In this document: in pieces, positions 45,509 through 52,842 of the stretch
Layout: each line of letters starts with the position of its first letter
Numbering within the stretch: the stretch's first letter is position 1
DNA from: a virus
Lineage: Duplodnaviria; Heunggongvirae; Uroviricota; Caudoviricetes
DNA length: 52,842 bases
IMG/VR virus record: IMGVR_UViG_3300006153_000005
Direction: 5' to 3' (one strand)
Translations under genes and position numbers: made by a program
Notes under the pieces: generated by a model
Seen by the model: only the letters and a program-made list of their open reading frames with translations
Told to the model about the DNA's origin: nothing
Databases searched by the model: none

Positions 45509-46350
45509 GCCTCCACCCCCTTTGCAATCTGCCGGTAATGGAAGAATTGAATCTGCTGAACATATCCAGCATATCCAGCGTACTTACTGGGGTCAAAGTC
45601 ACCATGATAAATGTCGTCAATCAACCGATTGATCCATACATCTCTGGGGTAGCTGTCCATACGGTGTAGGCCGAAGAGCATAACGCAATTTGCTACTTTC
45701 TCACCTACCCCGTTCAGATCCAGCAGTGTCTTCTTAGCCTCATTATCATCCTGCGCCGCAAGACCAATCCAAAAATCAGGCTGATAATTACAAAGCTCTT
45801 TGACATACTTCTCCCTGTATCCCAGGGATGCACAGGCCAGATCCTTTCCTCTCAACTGTTCCGCAGTAGGGAAACTGTAAATCTCGTGACCGGCCACCTC
45901 TCCCAGCTGTGTACCAAAGTTTTGGCATAGGCACTCCACCGCACTCCTGATCCTGGGAATGTTGTTACGCTGGGAAATCACAAAAGTAACGACCATTTCC
46001 CACAAGTCCTGCCGCAAGATTCTGATTCCGCCGCCCCTCTGAATTGCTTCAATCAAAAACAGATCGTCGGCCATCTGTCGCTGATATACTCCATAATCTT
46101 CGCTCAGGTCGAAGTATGCCAACCACACATCCCGAAAATCTTCCCAAGTACAGCGGAACACATACCCGCCGTTGCTTTGACAGTCAATCTTTACAAAATG
46201 CTGCCCTGTTATCGCCAGAAAGCTACCATCGGGAAGTGACTGAATCCGAAAACATTGGCCGGACTCGGCGATTTGCCCTATATCGAACTGTGGGGCACTC
46301 AGCAAAACACCGTTACTGACTAAGTGGCAGATTGCTTTTTCTCCATTCAT
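45505..46350 (-). CDS. ogg: 8-oxoguanine DNA glycosylase (HhH-GPD, Ogg family)
   Basis: ESGQCFR, ISQRNNIPRI, LGYREKY, GVGEKVANCV (HhH Lys), YPRDVWI (catalytic Asp). Confidence 0.88.
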   Translation of the reverse strand: MNGEKAICHLVSNGVLLSAPQFDIGQIAESGQCFRIQSLPDGSFLAITGQHFVKIDCQSNGGYVFRCTWEDFRDVWLAYFDLSEDYGVYQRQMADDLFLIEAIQRGGGIRILRQDLWEMVVTFVISQRNNIPRIRSAVECLCQNFGTQLGEVAGHEIYSFPTAEQLRGKDLACASLGYREKYVKELCNYQPDFWIGLAAQDDNEAKKTLLDLNGVGEKVANCVMLFGLHRMDSYPRDVWINRLIDDIYHGDFDPSKYAGYAGYVQQIQFFHYRQIAKGVEA

Positions 46351-46696
46351 TTAGCTCACTCCTTTCTTCAAGATATTTGCGGATAACATCAAGCCCACAG
46401 TAGACCAAATCACAATACGGTTTGGAACCGTCGCCGTCATAATGTGTGATTGCCTTACAAACCTCGTCCACCGTCAGATCTTTTGGCACCCACTTGAACA
46501 TATCCAGCACGCTCTCCATCTTTTCCATGAGACGAATGTTGTCCGCACAGGTCTTGATTTGGCTCTTCGCCAGTGTCAACATGGTCATCGGGTCAATACC
46601 ATATAGAGCTGCGGCGTCGTGGTAGATCTGAACCTCCGCTACCAGTCGTTCACATTTCTCTTTCAGCTCTTTCACAGCTTCGTCATGCTCAATCAT
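46313..46696 (-). CDS. Hypothetical protein
   Basis: ORF with RBS; overlaps neighbours. Confidence 0.55.
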   Translation of the reverse strand: MIEHDEAVKELKEKCERLVAEVQIYHDAAALYGIDPMTMLTLAKSQIKTCADNIRLMEKMESVLDMFKWVPKDLTVDEVCKAITHYDGDGSKPYCDLVYCGLDVIRKYLEERSELNEWRKSNLPLSQ

Positions 46697-46865
46697 ATTC
46701 ACCACCCCTTTCCTTTCTGATTTCGTCTTTCACCTGCCGACGCAATTTTCGCTTTGCATCCCGCTTGTCGCTCCTCAACTGGTTCAGCCGTGCGTGTTGG
46801 CAGTACATATACCGGGCAAACCCGTCAATGCTGAAGAGCTTTCTGTACTCATTACCTTTACTCAT
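46689..46865 (-). CDS. Small basic hypothetical protein
   Basis: Start re-assigned to ATG 46865 (MSKGNEY) overlapping the upstream stop. Confidence 0.55.
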   Translation of the reverse strand: MSKGNEYRKLFSIDGFARYMYCQHARLNQLRSDKRDAKRKLRRQVKDEIRKERGGEYD

Positions 46866-47223
46866 CACCCGCCCCCTCCTCTTTGCCATAAAGCTCCTCA
46901 CCCAAGCGGTTATACTCTGTAAAGATTGCGTCGAATGCCGCATTCCATATCTCATCGTGCTCGTGCTCCACACCGACCGCAACATGAGCAAGCTCATGGG
47001 CAAATGTCTCTACACAGACATTGATGGAGTGCTCCGCAAAGATGACGATTTGCGGGATCTCTCCCTCGACAAAGTGCGTAAATCCATACTCTTCCTTGTG
47101 GTCGTCATCTTCATGCTGGTCAAAGAACGCCGTGAAAGGCTTATCATATAGGTTTTTATAAGCCTGACACACCAGAGCGAAAGGATCGTTGACAAAGGGA
47201 CTGATAAAAGCTACCATACTCAC
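46858..47223 (-). CDS. Zincin-like metallopeptidase domain protein
   Basis: FAHELAHV (HExxH). Confidence 0.65.
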   Translation of the reverse strand: MSMVAFISPFVNDPFALVCQAYKNLYDKPFTAFFDQHEDDDHKEEYGFTHFVEGEIPQIVIFAEHSINVCVETFAHELAHVAVGVEHEHDEIWNAAFDAIFTEYNRLGEELYGKEEGAGDE

Positions 47224-47264
47224 AACATCACCTCGATTTTGTTTGTCGTTAATATAAATTCAAA

Positions 47265-47612
47265 TCAGCGTTGTCGCTCAAAATAGAACACTATCTTCTT
47301 TGGCGTTGGTGTCACCGTGCCGAATCGGACTGCCTGCCTATATGTGTAGTAATCCCGCGCCAAGGTATCAGGCGTCGATTCTAATATCTTTCGCCAACCC
47401 TCCAAAGAGTTGCCACGTTTATAGTGGTTGCAGCTACGACAGGCCGGTAACATATTCGCCAAATCGTCCTCACCATCGCTCCGAAGCGCAAGTACATGGT
47501 CTACCTGCATATCCTCAAACGCCAGTTCTTCCCCACAGTATGCACAGTGACCACCCATCTTGTCATAAATGGTACGGCGCTCGGTTTGAGTCAACTTCCG
47601 ACGATTTGCCAT
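47265..47612 (-). CDS. HNH endonuclease
   Basis: CAYCG...VDHV...NMLPACRSCNHYK. Confidence 0.9.
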   Translation of the reverse strand: MANRRKLTQTERRTIYDKMGGHCAYCGEELAFEDMQVDHVLALRSDGEDDLANMLPACRSCNHYKRGNSLEGWRKILESTPDTLARDYYTYRQAVRFGTVTPTPKKIVFYFERQR

Positions 47613-48382
47613 TACTTCACATCCTTCCAAAAGCAATAGAGACATTGGTGTGGACATGGCTTTCGGCTATTCAGCAGTTCTTTCTTTCCTGAGTAGCAAA
47701 GACAATCCCGTCTTTGGTATCCAGCGGCATCCATGTCGTCGCCCACTGTCAATCCCATCAGCTGGATATCATATTCGGAGACGCAACCGCACCGAATAGC
47801 CTCCGTCAGTGTGGGTTCTGCACAAGCCTCAACTCTCAACGGTACATCGGGTAATGCGCTTTCCCACAGGAGCTTCCATCCACGCAAAACATGATTTGCA
47901 TATTCGATAGTTTCCTTATCAGGCGAGAACCCTCCACCATACAAACTCGGAAGTCCGCAGTCTGCAAACCGTTTTCTTACATGAGGGTACATATCAATAA
48001 GACTCACCCGATAGCGCGAAAACCCGTGTTCTGTAAACATCCCAAAGACCCTTGTGGCCCGCATCATACCCTTTACAGTGGGGATCATCGGGTCAATTCT
48101 CACCACGACTCTTTCTTTCGGAAACCCGGAGCCTATCAACTGCAAGGCTGCTTCCATCTGCTCTTCTGGGTGAGGTACATTCGGTTCAACAACTGTACCA
48201 CCATACCCCGTACAGGTTACATGAATAACTACATTTGGCAAGCCCTTTACCGCTTCAATGAACGCCGGTGTGACACGCTTTGTAATAAGCACCGCGCCAT
48301 CTACAGTATTTAGCTTGTCTTTCCATGAGAGATCCAGTCCAGCGTCACCGCCGTCTGTTGCTCCAATCTTATACTTAGCCAT
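47612..48382 (-). CDS. DUF1848-like / spore-photoproduct-lyase-related Fe-S protein
   Basis: LITK, VVVRIDPMI, ACAE, C-terminal CPHQCLYC cluster motif; start 48382 behind RBS GGAGGA. Confidence 0.6.
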   Translation of the reverse strand: MAKYKIGATDGGDAGLDLSWKDKLNTVDGAVLITKRVTPAFIEAVKGLPNVVIHVTCTGYGGTVVEPNVPHPEEQMEAALQLIGSGFPKERVVVRIDPMIPTVKGMMRATRVFGMFTEHGFSRYRVSLIDMYPHVRKRFADCGLPSLYGGGFSPDKETIEYANHVLRGWKLLWESALPDVPLRVEACAEPTLTEAIRCGCVSEYDIQLMGLTVGDDMDAAGYQRRDCLCYSGKKELLNSRKPCPHQCLYCFWKDVK

Positions 48383-48956
48383 TGAATTGTCCTCCAGCAG
48401 CGGTGTATCGTTCAATGATCTCGTCCAATGTCCTGGGTGTGTAATCCATCCAAGGCATCATACAGCCAACATTGTACATATTGCACTGCTTTTCGTACAG
48501 ATCCCGCATAAGGAACTTGTTATGCTCCATCATATTCGCTTCAAACGAAATATGGACATGACCGTACAGGTGATACCAACCGCAGAAGTGGTTCTTGAAA
48601 CACGGAATCGGGTAGTGGCATAGGACAATCTTTCTGCCAGCGTCGTCTACCTCCTTGTAGTCGGCCACCTCATCAAAGCACTTTGCTACGCGATCACTCA
48701 GCTTCTCCGGATCGTGGTTGCCTCGGATCAACACCTTATGACCATGCAGACGGCTCAGAATGTTGAACCACATCTCTTCGCCTTTCCAGCAGAAGTCCCC
48801 CAAGATGTATACCGTATCAGACGGATCAACCGCCGCGTTCCACCGCTCCACCAGCTCATTGTCCATTTCCTCGGTGGTGAAGAACGGTCGGTTGTCGTAT
48901 TTGAGAATGTTCTTGTGCCCAAAATGGGTGTCTGCGATGTAAAAATTCTTTGCCAC
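48375..48956 (-). CDS. Calcineurin-like phosphoesterase (small phage type)
   Basis: ADTHFGH, ILGDF, RGNHD, LCHYP, LYGHVH. Confidence 0.9.
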   Translation of the reverse strand: MAKNFYIADTHFGHKNILKYDNRPFFTTEEMDNELVERWNAAVDPSDTVYILGDFCWKGEEMWFNILSRLHGHKVLIRGNHDPEKLSDRVAKCFDEVADYKEVDDAGRKIVLCHYPIPCFKNHFCGWYHLYGHVHISFEANMMEHNKFLMRDLYEKQCNMYNVGCMMPWMDYTPRTLDEIIERYTAAGGQFNG

Positions 48957-49277
48957 TTATAGCACCTCCATTTTCGGTTAAAAATGTTCGGATTTTAGAG
49001 GCGGTCAAAATCGGTTTATGACTTCCAAGGTTATAAATTCGGTTTTTGACGCCCCTCAAAGCCTTGATATTACTGGTTTTTTCAAAATCGTCCCTTAGAA
49101 GGGGAAGGGGTATTTTCGCTACGCTCAAAAATCACGAAAAAGTTGTGAAAATCGTATTCTCTGAATTTGAAAAAATGCGGCTTATCCTGCCTCGCTTCGC
49201 TCGGCAGTTGCTGGAAACTTATCGCAGGATAAGCCCCCCCCTCTGCACTCCGATAGTAGGAGCTGACTGGGGTAAAG

Positions 49278-50117
49278 CTACCGTACATCAGCGGACGCCA
49301 GTTCCGGTTCCAGCATTCCCATCAGGTCGATGGAAACCTTATGGTAGGATTTCTTCTCTTCCTCATCAGCGATACCGATGTAGCGCATGGTAATTAAGGC
49401 GGAGGAATGTCCAAATAGTCTTTGAAGAAATACAATATCGTGATTGCTCTGGTAGTGGAAGTAGCCAAAGGTCTTGCGTAGGGTGTGAGTCCCGATGTTC
49501 TGCTTCAGTCCGCAAGCCTTAGCAGCGTCTTTCAGAATCTTACGAAGAGTATCAACCTCTACATGGTAATTTCCATCTATGTCCTTGATGTTATCTGTGC
49601 GAACCTTGCCATCTCTGTCTTTACGAGCTTGGCACTCCCTGGACGGAAATAGGTAGGTGTCTCTGCATAGGCTGGGGCTTTTTATAGGAAAGTACCAGTC
49701 AAGAGCCTTAACACAAGAGGAGTTAAGGTACATTCCCCGTCGCTTATGCACCTTATTCTGATAGACACTCATCTTATCCGTAGTGTCAGAGAAATCGTCA
49801 GAGACATATTTCAATTCTCCATTAGGGAAAAAGATGTCAGAGTGCTTCAGTTCCAGAAGCTCGTTGGCTCTTAGGCCAAGGTTGATCCCAAGGATAAAGC
49901 CAAGGAGATATTTGCGATCTGCGTTATGGTAGAGCCAAGAAGCCATAGCATTCAGATCCTCCTGACGCTTGATGGGAAATACGGTCTGCTCTCCACCAGC
50001 ACGATAGTTAGGCTTCCGAGGAGGAATATTGGGAAATAGCTGGATAACCTTAGTGCTGGTGTGGGAGGCCACAGGGATGGTAGCTTCATGCTCGAAGAGC
50101 GACAACTGAGTATTCAT
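49278..50117 (-). CDS. Tyrosine recombinase/integrase
   Basis: GLRANEL (R), HTLRK (HxxR), FGHS (H), RYIG (Y). Confidence 0.92.
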   Translation of the reverse strand: MNTQLSLFEHEATIPVASHTSTKVIQLFPNIPPRKPNYRAGGEQTVFPIKRQEDLNAMASWLYHNADRKYLLGFILGINLGLRANELLELKHSDIFFPNGELKYVSDDFSDTTDKMSVYQNKVHKRRGMYLNSSCVKALDWYFPIKSPSLCRDTYLFPSRECQARKDRDGKVRTDNIKDIDGNYHVEVDTLRKILKDAAKACGLKQNIGTHTLRKTFGYFHYQSNHDIVFLQRLFGHSSALITMRYIGIADEEEKKSYHKVSIDLMGMLEPELASADVR

Positions 50118-50178
50118 CGAAAACCCTCCATTTTATTCGTCACTACGGACGGGGAAATTCGTGGTTTCCCACAGTTCT

Positions 50179-50207
50179 ATTATACTCTATTTTGATCAAA
50201 ATGTCAA
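50179..50207 (-). promoter_or_regulatory. Consensus sigma70 promoter of the recombinase unit, with a palindromic operator in the spacer
   Basis: TTGACA-N17-TATAAT; ATTTTGATCAAAAT palindrome at 50189-50202. Confidence 0.85.
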
Positions 50208-50469
50208 CAATAACTTTGATTTAGTTCTTCATTATTCGGAAGAAATGGCGAGTTTGCGGGTAGGTTAGGTGGACAATTTAAGTCGAAACAAATGCTAATA
50301 TGATAATTTTTATGTAAGGTTTAACTCTTCTAAGGTTCGAGTTTGTACGGCTGTAAGGCCGAGCGATGAATCGAACGGGTGAGAGGGGTTTCGTGTGGAG
50401 AGGAGGGTACTGGAGACATATCGTAGATATGGCGTGAAGTTCAAAATGTAGAGGCTCCCCTCGGTCATG

Positions 50470-51110
50470 GTGGGCGGTGCTGGCAGGTGGGGCGGGCTTT
50501 TCCCGTGTAAATTCGGGGTTATTGGGGGCGGGTTCTGTTTTCTCTCCAAAAGCAGAATTGAAACGACGGCAGCACAGCGGCGGCGGCTGGCCTGAGATGG
50601 TGACGGCGGGCAGGCTGTACGGCAGACGGGCGGCAGGTGGGTCGGGGTGTTGCTGGGGTTCGGTATATTATGACTTTGAAGGCGGGCGGCTCTGTGCTTC
50701 CGGCTTGCTCCTCACTCTTTCCCCTTCTCCCCTCTCCCACTCTGCTCTGCTGGGCTGTCTCGCGGCGGCTGGGTGGAATGCTGGGACGGGTTCAGGCTGG
50801 GCGGCTTCTGGGAGATCGTCGGCGGCTCTCCGGCTGGGGCGGGGCTGGTAGGCTCCAGGCCGCTGGGGTAGGTGCTGGGGTGTTCTTCGCTTCCGCTTCT
50901 CTCCCTCTCTCCGTCTCTCTCCGTGCGTCCTCTGCTGCTGGCCTTGTCTCTGTCCCTCTGGGCGTATTGCTGTCTGTGCCCATGCTGGGCAGGGGCTGCG
51001 GGTGCTGGGCTGTCCTCTGTGGCTGTGCCTCTGCTGGGGCACTGTGGCAAGCTGGGCGCGGCTCTCTGGGGTGATGCTGGGCGGCAGATCAGGCAGGCGG
51101 GCACATGGCA
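50470..51110. other. GC-rich, strand-asymmetric non-coding region between divergent units
   Basis: Plus strand nearly devoid of A, with many G-runs; predicted ORFs are low-complexity and lack RBS. Confidence 0.6.
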
Positions 51111-51183
51111 AAATACACAAATACAAGGCTGTATCTTTGGCTATTTTTCACCCCTTAAAATATCTTAATGACGAACAAAATCG

Positions 51184-51213
51184 TTGACAAACTGGAAAAG
51201 GATATGGTATAAT
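51184..51213 (+). promoter_or_regulatory. sigma70 promoter of the rightward unit
   Basis: TTGACA-N18-TATAAT with extended TG; operator-like ACGAACAAAATC immediately upstream. Confidence 0.8.
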
Positions 51214-51314
51214 AGGGTATACCCAAAAGGGGGGTGGGCAGTCCGGGCGGCTTTTGCCGTCGTGCTCCTTCCCTTTAAGGGCGAATAAAATCATTGCAAA
51301 GGGGTATACATATT

Positions 51315-52106
51315 ATGAAAAAGTCTTTCAATCTCTCCGCCATTATGGGCCGTGCCTGGGCTATCCGCAAAAGCGCCGCCGCTGAAATGGGTTGCAAGGT
51401 TTCCGAGGTCGTTTTTTCTCTGTGTCTGAAGCAGGCGTGGGCCGAGGCTGAAGGCGTCAACGCTGAGATCAACGCCGCCGCCGTGGTCGCTGAGTGGGCC
51501 GCTACCACTCCCGAAAAGCAAGTTGAATGGCTCCAGCGCTGTGTCGTGCGGGCCGCGAAAGACGTTATCGGCTACAGCACTGAAGATCACTATCACCAGT
51601 TCAACGAGTGCGCCGCCTGGGGGCTGCGTGGGCACCAGTTCGACGAGTTCACCGATGAGGCATACTGCAGGCTGTTCGATGCCTTTGACCGTCTGCCCAT
51701 CACCAACGAGCGCCGCGCCGCTAAAGGGTTGCGCCCGCGCTCCCTGAAGTCCCTTGTCTACAACGCCGCAAAAGCTGCCATTATGAAAATCTGGGAAGAT
51801 GACCGGAAACATGGCCGCGCAGTGCAAGACCCTGAGATCATGAACGATAACGGCGAGATCGAAAGCTACATTGAAACGAGAGTAAGCGCGGGCGGCTCTG
51901 TGAACACGGAGACAAGCGCCATCATCCGGGCCGATCTGGAACGGTTCACGGCTGGACGGGATGAGATCGACCGGAAGATCATCGAGCTTGTGCAAGAGAA
52001 TTATACGGAACGCCAGATCGCCGATGTTGTCAAAATCTCCAATGTGGCCGTACACAAGCGGATTGTGAAAATCCGGGCGGCTCTCCAGAACGTCGGGATT
52101 GCCTGA
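51315..52106 (+). CDS. Sigma-factor-like protein (C-terminal sigma70 region-4 HTH)
   Basis: DEIDRKIIEL...YTERQIADVVKISNVAVHKRIVKI; extra N-terminal MKKSFNLSAIMGRAWAIRK domain. Confidence 0.7.
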   Translation: MKKSFNLSAIMGRAWAIRKSAAAEMGCKVSEVVFSLCLKQAWAEAEGVNAEINAAAVVAEWAATTPEKQVEWLQRCVVRAAKDVIGYSTEDHYHQFNECAAWGLRGHQFDEFTDEAYCRLFDAFDRLPITNERRAAKGLRPRSLKSLVYNAAKAAIMKIWEDDRKHGRAVQDPEIMNDNGEIESYIETRVSAGGSVNTETSAIIRADLERFTAGRDEIDRKIIELVQENYTERQIADVVKISNVAVHKRIVKIRAALQNVGIA

Positions 52107-52222
52107 AAAAATTTCAAATTTAGGTTAGCAACGAACAAAATCAAGCTGTAATTAGAATAAAGGGCGGGCCGGTGGAAATCACCACCACCGGCTCCCCCAA
52201 AAATTGAAAGGGGTTACATATC

Positions 52223-52582
52223 ATGACTATCAACAACGCCAAACTGAAAGCCTGCATCAAGCTCTCCAGCAAAGTTACCGTTTACGTGCCCGCCACAAAC
52301 GGAGTGGCCGACGCCGCCGACAATACGGAACAGGTGAAGAAAACCGCCGCGCTGCTGGCCGATCTTTTCGGCGGCTCCACCTCTACCGCCGCGCTGGGCT
52401 ATTGGCTCTCTCCCGTGGCCGGCCTGGTCGCTGAGAATACCACCGTTGTTTTCGCCTACGCCAGCGATGCGGATTTGCAGAACGGGATCGCCGCCGTGGT
52501 CGATCACTGCGAGGCGCTGAAGCAGGAGATGGGACAAGAGGCCGTCGCGCTGGAAATCAACGGCGAGATGTACTTCATCTAA
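52223..52582 (+). CDS. Hypothetical protein (small alpha/beta fold)
   Basis: 119-aa ORF, RBS GAAAGGGG, GC3-rich codons. Confidence 0.7.
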   Translation: MTINNAKLKACIKLSSKVTVYVPATNGVADAADNTEQVKKTAALLADLFGGSTSTAALGYWLSPVAGLVAENTTVVFAYASDADLQNGIAAVVDHCEALKQEMGQEAVALEINGEMYFI

Positions 52583-52648
52583 CAGAACAGAAACGGCGGG
52601 CGGATGCTGCGAGGTGTCCGCCCGCTGAACATGGAAGGAGTTGAACAC

Positions 52649-52825
52649 ATGAAAAAGTTTGTGCTGGACTATGCCGCCGATGTTATGGAGCGGATAGCGG
52701 GAAATACTCTGATGAAAGAGGAACACAAGGCCGAAAAATTCCGCAACGTGGCGCGGGCGCTCAGTCTCTACAATCGGGAGATCATCACGACGGATGAGAC
52801 AATCAAGGCGATTCTGGAGGCATAA
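52649..52825 (+). CDS. Small hypothetical protein
   Basis: Start re-assigned to ATG 52649 behind GGAAGGAG. Confidence 0.65.
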   Translation: MKKFVLDYAADVMERIAGNTLMKEEHKAEKFRNVARALSLYNREIITTDETIKAILEA

Positions 52826-52842
52826 AGACGGCGGGCCCGGGA

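Noticed and set aside
50310-51187. Overlapping ORFs in the GC-rich tract
   Set aside because: Low-complexity products in all frames are expected from the lack of stop codons at high GC; no RBS
38341-52146. LexA/SOS box for the CGAAC motif
   Set aside because: Only the CGAAC half is present; the CGAAC-N4-GTTCG palindrome never occurs in these copies

Overview
The window is a segment of a large tailed-phage genome (siphovirus-like, probably infecting a Firmicute/Clostridia host). Gene order broadly follows Bacillus phage SPbeta. On the minus strand, right to left: tyrosine recombinase; DNA-repair and accessory genes; a YonO-like single-subunit RNA polymerase; YonK/YonJ-like genes; HU; a ~5.1 kb RNA island; terminase, portal, scaffold/protease and capsid; neck and tail genes (with RuvC-, ClpP- and PhoH-like genes inserted); a 2739-aa tape measure protein; Dit, Tal and tail-tip/fibre genes. 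After a GC-rich non-coding stretch (~50.47-51.1 kb), a divergent plus-strand unit begins with a sigma-factor-like gene. The most striking part is the RNA island (33.27-38.36 kb), which sits behind one near-consensus sigma70 promoter bracketed by a perfect 17-bp inverted repeat. It holds 19 CCA-ending tRNAs, a tmRNA with an unusually long tag, and a 139-nt tRNA-like RNA. It also holds a 633-nt end-paired ornate RNA (ROOL-like) and a ~1.07 kb two-domain ornate RNA (GOLLD-like) whose domains pair across three embedded tRNAs. Three ACAGCAA stem repeats (one displaying a tRNA-Lys anticodon loop) and several further unassigned structured RNAs complete it. Base pairings were read by eye; the ROOL and GOLLD family names rest on size, context and recalled features and need covariance-model confirmation.
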